From Candidatus Lutacidiplasma silvani (lineage in GTDB: Archaea > Thermoplasmatota > Thermoplasmata > Lutacidiplasmatales > UBA184): DNA of 64,000 nt. Below the pieces are notes generated by a model. The model was not told the DNA's origin. It made no database searches and worked only from the letters and a program-made list of their open reading frames with translations. How positions within the stretch are numbered: the first letter of the stretch is position 1; each line of letters begins with the position of its first letter. The translations under genes were made by a program, and so were the position numbers. The stretch lies in assembly GCA_022750295.1 (NCBI GenBank), contig JAKIVZ010000001.1, positions 5,651 through 69,650 of the forward strand, given 5' to 3'. Positions 29,148 through 38,174 of this stretch are shown here, piece after piece.

Positions 29148-30032
29148 CTACGGCGGCAGGCCGACCCGCTCGGAGCACAGCTCCCATAGCCGGCGGGCGA
29201 CGGCTTCGTCGTACGACTCCCGCGAGGAGCGGACCGCCCGGGACTTGTCGAAGTACTCTCCCGTCGTCCCCTCGACCTGGGGGGACGTGGCGAGGTACAC
29301 CGGGGTCTCGGCCCCCCGGGCCGGGGAGATCCCCGAGACGCGGGCGAAGAATCGGATGAGGGCGGCCATCCCGCCCCCGTTGTTCTGGCCGAAGCCGGAG
29401 CGGACGAACCCCGGGTGGAGCGCGTTCACGGCGACCCGCTCCCCGGTCCACCGCCGGGCGAACTCGTGCGTCAGGAGGATCACGGCCAGCTTCGAGCGGC
29501 CGTAGGTGCCGAATCCGGAGTACTTTCGGCGGGCCTCGAGGTCGTCGAGGTCGAGCTTCGTCCCCGAGTGCGCCGCCGAGGCGACCTGCACCACCCGGGA
29601 CGGCGACGCCGCCCGGAGCCGGTCGTGGAGAAGGCGGGTCAGGAGGAACGGGGTGAGGACGTTGAGGGCGAACGTCCGTTCGATCCCCTCCGATGTCTCC
29701 TCGCGCTTCGCGTAGTAGGCGCCCGCGTTGTTCACGAGCACGTTCAACGTCGGGTACCCGTCGCCGAGCTCCGTCGCGAGTCGGCGAACGTCGGCGAGGA
29801 GGGCGAGGTCCGCGACATGGGTGGCGATGCGGGCGGGCCGGGCGGACGCCCCGAGGGATCCCGCCAGCGCTGCGAGCTTGGCCGGGTCCCGGCCGACGAG
29901 GACCAGCGTCTCGACCCGGGGGGCCAGGGCGCGGGCGGTCGCCTCGCCGATCCCCGAGGTCGCCCCCGTCACGACGACGGTCCGGGGCGCGAAGGCGGTC
30001 GGGTCGGATGCGGCGGGGAACGGTTCGGTCAT
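29148..30032 (-). CDS. short-chain dehydrogenase/reductase (SDR)
   Basis: VVVTGATSGIG cofactor motif, NNAG, and a catalytic Y…K further on. Start trimmed to MTEPF, ATG verified. Confidence 0.7.
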   Translation of the reverse strand: MTEPFPAASDPTAFAPRTVVVTGATSGIGEATARALAPRVETLVLVGRDPAKLAALAGSLGASARPARIATHVADLALLADVRRLATELGDGYPTLNVLVNNAGAYYAKREETSEGIERTFALNVLTPFLLTRLLHDRLRAASPSRVVQVASAAHSGTKLDLDDLEARRKYSGFGTYGRSKLAVILLTHEFARRWTGERVAVNALHPGFVRSGFGQNNGGGMAALIRFFARVSGISPARGAETPVYLATSPQVEGTTGEYFDKSRAVRSSRESYDEAVARRLWELCSERVGLPP

Positions 30033-30060
30033 TCGAGGGGAGACGCCGCGCACTACGACG

Positions 30061-31131
30061 TCAAGGAGTTTGCGGAGGCGGACCGGAGCCGCCGGGGCCG
30101 AACGCCGGGCCCGTGACCGCGACCTTGACCGCCTCGTCCGGTCGGCCGGCAAGGGCGAACGCCTCCGGAAGCCGGGCGAGCGGGACCGTGTGGGTCACGA
30201 TCCCCCCCACGTCGAGTTTTCCGCCCACGAGGAGCGCATGGACGTCGGCGATCTCCCGCTCGGTGGTCGCGTACGTCGGGATGACGCGGACCCCCCGGAG
30301 ATAGAGCTCCTGGAGGTCGGCCCCGAGCGTGCCCCCCGACTCCGGAAGGCCGAACAGGTTCATCGTGCCGGCCCGCCGGGCGAGACGGGTCGCCAGAGCG
30401 ATCGCGGGCGGGGCGCCGGTCGCCGCGACGGCCAGGTCGACCCCGCGGCCGCCGGTCGCGTCCGCGACCAGTCGGTCGAGGGCCGCGGGCTCCCGGGGGT
30501 CGACGGCCGCCGCGAACCCCGACCGGACCGCGGTGGCCCTCCGGAGCGGGGCGATCTCGGCGCCCGCGACCCAGGAAGCGCCGAGCGATATCGCGACGAG
30601 GCCGTAGAGGATCCCGACCGGGCCGAGACCGACCACGAAGACCGAGTCGCCGGGCCGGAACCCGACCCGACGGAGCGCGGTGAGCGCGCAACCGGCGGGC
30701 TCGAGGAGCGTCCCCGCCTCCCACCCGACCGACCGGTCGAGCCGGAGGACCGCCGACCGGTCGACGTTCTCCGCGGGGACGCGGAACCGGTCGGAGAACC
30801 CGCCCGGGTCAAGGTTGGTCGACGCGTACGTCGGGCAGAACGTGAGGTCGCCCCGCCGGCACACCTCGCACGTGAGGCACGGGACGTGATGGTGGACGAA
30901 CACCCGGTCCCCGACGCGGAGCCCCGCGACGCCGGAACCGACCGCGTCGACGACGCCCACCGGTTCGTGGCCGATCTTCCCGGCGGTCCGGTAGTTCCCC
31001 CGGAGCTTCTCGAGGTCGGTCCCGCAGACGCCGCACGCGGCGAGCCGGACGACGACTTCGCCGGACCCGGCGACCGGGTCCGGCGCCTCCTCGACGACGA
31101 CGGCGCCGCCGCTCAGACGGCCGACGTTCAT
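30061..31131 (-). CDS. Zn-dependent alcohol/threonine/sorbitol dehydrogenase (MDR family)
   Basis: CGVCGTDLE catalytic-zinc motif, structural-Zn Cys cluster (CLTCEVCRRGDLTFC), GLGPVGI Rossmann motif. ATG verified at 31129–31131. Confidence 0.75.
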   Translation of the reverse strand: MNVGRLSGGAVVVEEAPDPVAGSGEVVVRLAACGVCGTDLEKLRGNYRTAGKIGHEPVGVVDAVGSGVAGLRVGDRVFVHHHVPCLTCEVCRRGDLTFCPTYASTNLDPGGFSDRFRVPAENVDRSAVLRLDRSVGWEAGTLLEPAGCALTALRRVGFRPGDSVFVVGLGPVGILYGLVAISLGASWVAGAEIAPLRRATAVRSGFAAAVDPREPAALDRLVADATGGRGVDLAVAATGAPPAIALATRLARRAGTMNLFGLPESGGTLGADLQELYLRGVRVIPTYATTEREIADVHALLVGGKLDVGGIVTHTVPLARLPEAFALAGRPDEAVKVAVTGPAFGPGGSGPPPQTP

Positions 31132-32522
31132 CCGCGGCGCCGGGCCGCGGAGATCGAGGCGTCGAGGATCTCGACCGCCTCGTCGATCTCCTCGCGACGG
31201 ACGATGAGCGGGGGAATGTACCGGATCGACGATTTGCCGCACGGCAGGAGGAGGAGCCCCCGGCGGTACGCCTCTTCGACGACGCGGTCCTTGAGGACGA
31301 CGTTCGGGGTCTTGTCGGACGCCGACGCGACGAACTCGGTCGCGACCATGAGGCCGAGACCCCGGACGTCGCCGATCTCCTCGTGCTTCGACTGCAGTTC
31401 CTTCAGGCGGTGCATCAGGTGCTCGCCCTGGATCCGGGAGTTCTCGAGCAGCTTCTCCCGCTCGATCACGTCGAGCGTGGCGAGGGCACCGGCGACCGCG
31501 ACGAGGTTGCCGCCGAACGTGTTCGAGTGGGCCCCCTGGTGCGGGTAGTCGAGGTCCTTCCGCGCGATCATCGCGCCGATCGGCAGCCCGCTCCCGAGCG
31601 CCTTCGCGGTCGTCACGATGTCGGGGACGACGCCGTGGTGCTCGATCGCGAACCACTTGCCGGTCCGTCCGAAGCCGGCCTGGACCTCGTCGTCGATGAA
31701 CAGGATCCCGTTCTCGTCGCAGATCGACTTGATCTCCTTGTGCCAGCCGGGGGGTGGCACGACGTACCCGCCCTCGCCCATCACCGGCTCGGCGATGAAC
31801 GCGGCGACGTCGTCCGGCGGGATCGACGTCTCGAAGTAGAGCTCCTTCAGGATCTTCGCGCAGTAGAGGTCACAGCTCGGGTACTCGAGCTGGTACGGGC
31901 ACCGGAAGCAGTTCGGGGCCGGGATGTGGTGGCCCCCGCCGGCGAACGGCTGGAACCGGGCCCGCTGGGTGAGCTTCGAGGCGGTCATCGTGAGCGACCC
32001 CATCGTCCGTCCGTGGAACGCCCCGAGCAGCCCGATCGTGATCGGGCGCTGGCGGTGCCAGCGGGCGAGCTTGAGGGCCGCCTCGACGCTCTCGGTCCCG
32101 CTGTTGGTGTAGAACACCTTCTTCGCGAACGACCCCGGGACGATCTGGGTCAGCCGTTCGGCGAGCCGGACCTGGCTCTCGTAGTAGAAGTCGGTCCCGG
32201 CGAAATGCATCAGCTCCCCCGCCTGCTTCTGGATCGCCCGGACGACGTCGGGGTGGCAGTGGCCGGTGTTGACGACGCCGACCCCGCTCGTGAAGTCGAG
32301 GATCCGGTTGCCGTCCACGTCGGTCACCCAGACCCCGGAGGCGCTCGCGGCGGCGACCGGCGACGTCTTCGTGCTCTTCATGAGGTACCGGTCGTCGCCC
32401 GCGACGATCTTCTTCGCCTTCGGGCCGGGGATCGGCGTCACGATCCGGACGCCCCGGAGGGGGGTCGCCTCGTCGCGGGGGACCGCCGGGGGAACGGACG
32501 CCTTCGCACTCGTGGCTGGCAT
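31128..32522 (-). CDS. class-III (omega) aminotransferase (GABA/acetylornithine aminotransferase-like)
   Basis: …GAFHGRT…, DEVQAGFGRTGKWFA…, TTAKALG (PLP-Lys). Stop overlaps the ADH start by 4 nt. Confidence 0.75.
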   Translation of the reverse strand: MPATSAKASVPPAVPRDEATPLRGVRIVTPIPGPKAKKIVAGDDRYLMKSTKTSPVAAASASGVWVTDVDGNRILDFTSGVGVVNTGHCHPDVVRAIQKQAGELMHFAGTDFYYESQVRLAERLTQIVPGSFAKKVFYTNSGTESVEAALKLARWHRQRPITIGLLGAFHGRTMGSLTMTASKLTQRARFQPFAGGGHHIPAPNCFRCPYQLEYPSCDLYCAKILKELYFETSIPPDDVAAFIAEPVMGEGGYVVPPPGWHKEIKSICDENGILFIDDEVQAGFGRTGKWFAIEHHGVVPDIVTTAKALGSGLPIGAMIARKDLDYPHQGAHSNTFGGNLVAVAGALATLDVIEREKLLENSRIQGEHLMHRLKELQSKHEEIGDVRGLGLMVATEFVASASDKTPNVVLKDRVVEEAYRRGLLLLPCGKSSIRYIPPLIVRREEIDEAVEILDASISAARRRG

Positions 32523-32632
32523 GGTGGCCCGCCGAACGCGGCCCCGCCCAAAAGGGTTGGCGGCCGTCGCCCCGGAGTCGCGCCGATGGACCATCCGGCT
32601 TTAAGGTCGGGTCGTCCGCTCGACGCGGCGAG

Positions 32633-32920
32633 ATGGATTCCGAGGAGCGAGGTCCCCGCCGCCGGGAGGCGTGGACGACGCTTCCGCTCGACGACGTGGT
32701 CCCGGCCCGCGCGGTGCTCACCGAGCTGGCCCGCGGCTTCCTGATGGTCCACGAGTCCGACCCGGACCACGCCCGACGGTTCGCCCAGACGTTCCTGCGC
32801 GAGCAGTCCGGTCCTCCCCCGGAGTCGCGCGTCGCGCCGGCCGAACGCCTCGCGTCCGTCCGGCGGGGCGTGACCACGGCGCTGCGGGAGCCGCTCCCTC
32901 CCCGCCCGTTCGACCCGTAG
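32633..32920 (+). CDS. hypothetical protein
   Basis: 95-aa ORF with no recognisable domain. Confidence 0.25.
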   Translation: MDSEERGPRRREAWTTLPLDDVVPARAVLTELARGFLMVHESDPDHARRFAQTFLREQSGPPPESRVAPAERLASVRRGVTTALREPLPPRPFDP

Positions 32921-32951
32921 CGGCGGAGTGCCGTCGTTTCCGGGCTCGCGC

Positions 32952-33356
32952 TTAGAGGATCGGTCGAACGATCGTCACGGTGACCTGGGTGGGCTCCCCG
33001 GCCACTCCCCCGAAGCTGCACGCCGTGGTCCCGCCCAGCGAGATGAAGGTGTAGCTCCCGGTGCTGCCGACGAGGGTGGCGCTTCCGTTGGTCGCGAGGA
33101 AGCACGGGGTGATCACGGTCTGGGGCTGCGGGGGGGAACTCCAGGCGATCGTGACCCGCGACTCCCACGAGGAGTTGAACTCGAGCCGCTCCCCGCAGTT
33201 GGGGCCGACGTTGTCGGTCCCGGCGCACGGGTTTGTGAGCGAGTAGCTCCGGCTGCTCGAATTGACGGGAACGGTCGCAAGGACGATGAGGACCGCCACG
33301 ACGCCGAGCGTGGCCGCGATCCCAACCCAGAGGAACCGCTTGGCCCGCCGGGACAT
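32952..33356 (-). CDS. small Cys-containing secreted/membrane-anchored protein
   Basis: MSRRAKRFLWVGIAATLGVVAVLIVLATV signal anchor then a 100-aa Cys/Ser/Thr-rich domain with sequons. ATG verified at 33354–33356. The long upstream ORF extension is junk. Confidence 0.45.
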   Translation of the reverse strand: MSRRAKRFLWVGIAATLGVVAVLIVLATVPVNSSSRSYSLTNPCAGTDNVGPNCGERLEFNSSWESRVTIAWSSPPQPQTVITPCFLATNGSATLVGSTGSYTFISLGGTTACSFGGVAGEPTQVTVTIVRPIL

Positions 33357-34120
33357 CGGAGGGCTGTCCGCGGGCGGCTCCACGACCCGGAGTCCCGTTC
33401 CCGCCTCAAGAAGCTTCCTTCCGAAATTGGGAACTCTCCCGAGGAGACCCTCCGCCGGCTGGCGTACGCTCGTAGAGGTCGGAACTCGGCCGGATTCGTG
33501 CTGAGGGCCCCGTGCCGCCCGGCTTCTCGGGGAGTGCCGACCCAATTCGAACGGCTTACTCTGGGCCGACCGTCGAGCTCGCTCAGATTCCCCTGGGAAA
33601 GGCGGTAGCGGGGCCCCTCCCTTGCCGGGAACCCAGCGAGCCAGCCGAGGAGGCGGGTTCGGCCGGAGGCCCCGGCCCCCGTCGCAACGTCGAACGGAAA
33701 CGTCCCAACGTCGTTCAACGACCCAAGCCGGGCAATAAACCGCTCCCACCGTCGAGTCTCTTCCAACGCTCCCGTTCGGCTCAGACCCGCCGACCGAGCG
33801 TCCAAGAAAATCTTCCGACTCTGGAGCCGATCCGGAATTCCCTGGAGACGCGCGACAAGTTCGGGAGTTTGGTGCCGTTCGAGCGTCCTCCAGACCTCCG
33901 AAAAATCGACGGGCTCCTCGGAGATCGCGAAGAGGTCGGACACGTCCTGGTCCCGCGCCGCCACGAGCTTGAGCCCCCACAGTGCCTCCGGGCGACAGAC
34001 CACCACCTCGCCCTCGGTCGAGCCGTTGATCAGCTCCAGCCCCCACCGGCGGCCGTGGTCGGAGATCGCCCGCTCCGGGATCGATACCCCGGTCCCGCGG
34101 TCTCGGAGCCGCCCCGCCAT
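33113..34120 (-). pseudogene. possible nucleotidyltransferase-like (AbiEii-like?) gene, apparently degenerate/frameshifted
   Basis: The N-terminal roughly 170 aa (…INGSTEGEVVVCRPEALWGLKLVAARDQDVSDLFAI…RLQGIPDRLQSRKIF…) are protein-like. The remainder decays into Arg/Ser/Pro low-complexity and overlaps the gene at 32952–33356. Frame and end are uncertain. Confidence 0.25.
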
Positions 34121-34160
34121 TCCGTCGACGCTCACGTCGCCATTGTCCGACGTCAGGGCG

Positions 34161-34958
34161 TCAGCGAATGTCGGATGTCCCCTCGTGGTCCTCCGCGTCC
34201 GCACGCGGAATCCCCGGTCGCTCCGCCAGCGCACCAGCGCATCCCTCGATTTCGCGGGGGCGACGAAATCCAGGTCCTGCGAGTACCCCGGTTTGCCGTA
34301 CGCGGCGACGGCCTACCCACCGATGAGACCCCCGCCGAGGTTCCAGGGCTACGCCTCCAAGAGTACCGTCGCCGATCGGTCGCGCCGCCGACGGTCGATC
34401 ACGGATCAAATCGACTGCGCTCGCATACGTCGACGGGGCCGAACGGACGAGCGCCTCCGTGGAATCCCGCGAAATCACCGGTTCTCCCCGCACGAGTACG
34501 GGAGTGAGCTCGCTAACCGGCCAGAGCCGCACGACCGCGCCGACGCGCTTCCGCCCCTTCGTGGAGACTCCGGCCGTTCGGAGGTACCGTTCCCATCCAA
34601 GGCGGTCGCCAGGTCGGATCGCCACGTGGAACTCTCGCACGTAGGGCGAAGCCGAAACGAAGTACCGATTGCGAGTCCATGCCTCGACCGCCGAAGCGCC
34701 GGTCCAAGCTTTGGGAAACGGGGCCGAGAGGACGATGGCCTTCACCCGAGCCCACTCGGCCGGACGAAGGTCGGGCCGCTCCGTGGGAAGGAGAAACCGG
34801 TATCGCCCACGCCCCGTGCGGGCGACGACCCCTCGGCGTTTCAGCTCCCCGAGAGTCTTCGCGGCCCGAGGCGTCCCGATTCGCCGCGCAAACTCTCCCG
34901 TGGAGAACTCGCGGTCTCCAAAGAACCGCGTTCCGATGTTCTCGTACGTGAGCGCCAT
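34161..34958 (-). CDS. winged-helix DNA-binding protein (AbiEi-antitoxin-like N-terminus)
   Basis: …FSTGEFARRIGTPRAAKTLGELKRRGVVARTGRGRYRF… wHTH. The C-terminal third becomes low-complexity and overlaps the next ORF, suggesting a frameshift. Lower-GC neighbourhood. Confidence 0.4.
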   Translation of the reverse strand: MALTYENIGTRFFGDREFSTGEFARRIGTPRAAKTLGELKRRGVVARTGRGRYRFLLPTERPDLRPAEWARVKAIVLSAPFPKAWTGASAVEAWTRNRYFVSASPYVREFHVAIRPGDRLGWERYLRTAGVSTKGRKRVGAVVRLWPVSELTPVLVRGEPVISRDSTEALVRSAPSTYASAVDLIRDRPSAARPIGDGTLGGVALEPRRGSHRWVGRRRVRQTGVLAGPGFRRPREIEGCAGALAERPGIPRADAEDHEGTSDIR

Positions 34959-35072
34959 GTTCCGATAATATCGGAATTTGTACTGAATGAATCCGGAATG
35001 TCGCGGGGAACTTTCGCGGGGTTGGAGGGCGAGTTCGCCGCACGGTCGCGGCGGAGCTTCGACGCGGGCCCG

Positions 35073-36035
35073 CTACCGACGGCGACGACGGACCTCGAGG
35101 TACGCCGCGAGGTCGTCCGGGAACGTCCGGCGGGTCAAGCCGATCCGGACCCCCAACGGAGTTCCGAAGAATGAGCCCGGACAGACGAGCACGCTCGCCC
35201 GGAGCGCACGTCGGGCGAGCCGGTCCCCGTCCACGCCGCGGTCAAACCACACGGGGGCTCCGAGGGGCGGAAGGTCGGGGAACGACTCGCGGAGGCGGGC
35301 CTGATTCGCGCGGAGGATCGCGCGGGCCTCGCCGATGACGGACGCGCGGTCGCGCAGAAGGGCGAGCGCCGCGGCGACCGATGGGGGCGCGACCCGGTCG
35401 GCCACGTAGCCGTGGAACCGTGCGAATTCGGCGACCCCCTCGGGGGGCGCCACGATGAACCCGACGCGAATGTCGTCCGCTCCGAACGCCTTCGTGAAGC
35501 TCCCCGTGACCCAGAGGCCGGCCCGCCGTTCGCCGGCCGCGGAGGGCCGTCCCGAGAATTCGCGGAACGTTTCGTCGACCAGGATCGCCCGGCTCCCCTC
35601 GGCCAGGTCGTCGAGCTCGCCCGGCCCCACGGCGGTCCCCAGGGGATTCCGGGGAGCCGAGACCGCGACGGCCTCCGTGCGGTCCCCGGGTCCTACGAGA
35701 CGAAATCCCGCGAGTTCGGCCGTGGCCGGGATGGGGGGGTACTCGGGGGGCTCGACCCGAAGGCGAGGCCCCGCGCGACCCTTCGTCCGAAGAGTTCTCG
35801 CAAGGTGGTGGAGGACCTGGGCGTTCCCCTCCGTGGCCCCGTGGGTGAGGAACACGGCGGACGGCGGGGCCCCCACGAGGCGCCCGAGGGTCGCCCGGAG
35901 CCGGTCGGGGTCGGGCACCGGAAGGTGGCGGAGGGAGCGCGCGTAGGATCGGAGCGACCCTTTCATCCCGCTCTGCCCGAGGTTGTGGCGGACTCCGGCG
36001 TGCGTGTCGATCCACTCACCCAGGGGGAACGGCAT
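35073..36035 (-). CDS. class I/II PLP-dependent aminotransferase (HisC/CobD-like)
   Basis: …SFTKAFGADDIRVGF… (PLP-Lys motif SFxK) and …PRNPLG…. Start trimmed to MPFPLG, ATG verified at 36033–36035. Confidence 0.6.
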   Translation of the reverse strand: MPFPLGEWIDTHAGVRHNLGQSGMKGSLRSYARSLRHLPVPDPDRLRATLGRLVGAPPSAVFLTHGATEGNAQVLHHLARTLRTKGRAGPRLRVEPPEYPPIPATAELAGFRLVGPGDRTEAVAVSAPRNPLGTAVGPGELDDLAEGSRAILVDETFREFSGRPSAAGERRAGLWVTGSFTKAFGADDIRVGFIVAPPEGVAEFARFHGYVADRVAPPSVAAALALLRDRASVIGEARAILRANQARLRESFPDLPPLGAPVWFDRGVDGDRLARRALRASVLVCPGSFFGTPLGVRIGLTRRTFPDDLAAYLEVRRRRR

Positions 36036-36131
36036 GGCCGGGGCCCCCCGGGGCCAGGAGCGAGAAAACCGTTCCCCCAGGCCCTCGCGTGGACCGGCAG
36101 GTATTTCGCGCGGGGGAAGCGAGCCCCCGGC

Positions 36132-36602
36132 GTGGCGTCCGTCCCACCCCAACGTCCCGAGCGGATCCTCCGGGATTCCGCCCGATGGTTCTCGGAGGGG
36201 GCGGCGCTGAAGCGGGCCGCCCGCCGGGACCGGCGGTGCGTGGCCTGTTCCGAGGCGCTCGAGAGCCGCCGCACGCCCTACTGCTCGCGACTCTGCCAGT
36301 GGCGGTTCCAGGCCGGCTACTTCTGGGACGCCGCCCGGACCTACGCGATCCACCGGGACCGGTTCACCTGTCGGGCGTGCGCCCGAAGGTTCCGCGTCGG
36401 CCAGCTCGAGGTCGACCATATCGTGGAGATCGCGCGGGGCGGAGCCCCGCTCGACCCGGCGAACCTCCAGACCCTCTGCCGGGGGTGCCACCGCTCCAAA
36501 ACCCGGGCGTTCCTTCGCGGCCGGGCACGTCGTGGGGGTGGCGCGGCCCCCCGCTCCGAGGGGCCGGGGACGTTCGACCTCGCCGACTGGTTCCCGGCGT
36601 AG
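36132..36602 (+). CDS. HNH endonuclease
   Basis: C-terminal …CVACSE…CSRLCQW…HRDRFTCRACARRFRVGQLEVDHIVEIARGGAPLDPANLQTLCRGCHRSKT is an HNH/zinc-finger nuclease motif. GTG start at 36132 in frame. Confidence 0.6.
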   Translation: MASVPPQRPERILRDSARWFSEGAALKRAARRDRRCVACSEALESRRTPYCSRLCQWRFQAGYFWDAARTYAIHRDRFTCRACARRFRVGQLEVDHIVEIARGGAPLDPANLQTLCRGCHRSKTRAFLRGRARRGGGAAPRSEGPGTFDLADWFPA

Positions 36603-36668
36603 AGGTCGCGCCCACCGTCGGCGTCCGCGAGCGTTTAGTAGCAGTCCCGAGCTATTCGAACTTCGACC

Positions 36669-37979
36669 GTGGCCGACGGAACTCCGGAGCCGGCTCCCGG
36701 CGGCGCCGCACGTCCTTCCCCCTCGGGGGACCCGACCGCGGAGTTCACCGTCGCGGACCTCGAAGCCCTCCTGCCGCCCCGCACGGGACGGAAGGAGATG
36801 TGGAAGGCCGTCGGCATCGTCGCCGTGATCGTCGTGGTCACGCTCGCGTTCGGGTGGTACGCGGGGTGGTTCGCGGCCGCCAAGCCGTCACTGGCCCCGC
36901 CGTGCCCGACCGCGCTCGCCATCAACGGAGCCGGATCGGCGTCGGTCGCCCCCGTGGTGGCCGCGTGGGAGAACTCGCTCGGCGCCTCCACCGGCTGTTT
37001 CCAGATCGGTTACATCGGGTCCGGTAGCGCGACCGGTCTTGCCGGACTGATGACCCGAAACGTCGACTACCTCGCGACCGATAGTCCGCTGAACGCGACC
37101 GAGTTCGCCGCCCTCCCGGACCCCGTCGTCACGCTCCCCGTTGCCCTGGTCGGGATCGCGATCACGTACAACCTCCCCGGCGTCGGCTCCGGGCTCGATC
37201 TCGACGGTCCGGTCCTCGCTGGGATTTACCTCGGTACGATCGTACAATGGAACGACCCCGCGATCGCCAACCTCAACCCCGGGACGTCGCTCCCGGCGAC
37301 CGCCATCGTTCCGGTCCACCTGAGCGACCCGGGGGGCACGACTCGCGTGTTCTCGGAGTACCTCGCGGCCCAGAACTCCACCTGGAATACCACGACCGCG
37401 GGAGGGGCGAACCCGTCGTGGCCGGTCGGGGTCGCCGCCCCCTCGGACTCGGCCCTCGCCGAGGCCGTCGCGGGGACGATCGGGGAAGTCGGGTACGCGG
37501 CGTGGGGTGCGACCGTGAACGCGCACACCACGGTGGCCGCCCTGCCATCGGAGAGCGGAGGGTACGTCCTCCCCAGCTCGACGAGCATCTCGTCGGCGAC
37601 CCCGACCCCGTCGAGCCTTCCGTCCGGGAATACGAGCTGGGCCGGAGTCTCCCTCCTCGACCGACCGGCGTCCGGGGCGTACCCGGTGACGGCGTTCTCC
37701 TACCTGATCACCTACGCGAACACCGGCGCCGCGTTCGGGACGAATTTCAGCTACAGCGCGGCCGACTGGCTCGCGTTCTTCTTCATCTGGGCGTCCCTGC
37801 ACGGGATGAACGCGACGACGCCGCTGTCGTTCGTCCCGATCTCCAACCTCCAGTCGACCGCGGACATCCAGACGCTCGAGATGATGAATTACAACGGGAT
37901 CCACCTGACGTCCGACATCGACAAGGACCACGACCCCGGCGGGACGTACGACCCGTACTTCCTCCCCCGGACCTCGTGA
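36669..37979 (+). CDS. pstS: PstS-family phosphate-binding protein, membrane-anchored
   Basis: Close alignment to PstS: …IGYIGSGSATGLAGLMTRNVDYLATDSPL…, …LDLDGPVLAGIYLGTIVQWNDPAIANLNPG…DPGGTTRVFSEYL…. N-terminal TM helix WKAVGIVAVIVVVTLAF. No pstCAB adjacent. Confidence 0.75.
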   Translation: MADGTPEPAPGGAARPSPSGDPTAEFTVADLEALLPPRTGRKEMWKAVGIVAVIVVVTLAFGWYAGWFAAAKPSLAPPCPTALAINGAGSASVAPVVAAWENSLGASTGCFQIGYIGSGSATGLAGLMTRNVDYLATDSPLNATEFAALPDPVVTLPVALVGIAITYNLPGVGSGLDLDGPVLAGIYLGTIVQWNDPAIANLNPGTSLPATAIVPVHLSDPGGTTRVFSEYLAAQNSTWNTTTAGGANPSWPVGVAAPSDSALAEAVAGTIGEVGYAAWGATVNAHTTVAALPSESGGYVLPSSTSISSATPTPSSLPSGNTSWAGVSLLDRPASGAYPVTAFSYLITYANTGAAFGTNFSYSAADWLAFFFIWASLHGMNATTPLSFVPISNLQSTADIQTLEMMNYNGIHLTSDIDKDHDPGGTYDPYFLPRTS

Positions 37980-38174
37980 GGAACGGGCCGGTCCGCCTCC
38001 CGGATCCCCCCCGGAACCCCGGGGTGCCGGCCGTCGGGCCCGAGGAGCGCCGGCGGGTCGGGCACGTATATATACGCCGTCACGGAATCTCTTCGTAGGG
38101 GAGCCCGGCCGACGGGCTTTCTCTTCGAGGCGACGAGTACGGGAGCAGCGGTCGCCCTCGATCCGACGCTCGCC

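Noticed and set aside
36089-37027. 312-aa + strand ORF starting with ATG at 36185 overlapping the HNH gene
   Set aside because: Its translation is Pro/Arg/Gly junk. The HNH motifs are in the other frame (35412–36602 frame), which has a GTG start at 36132.
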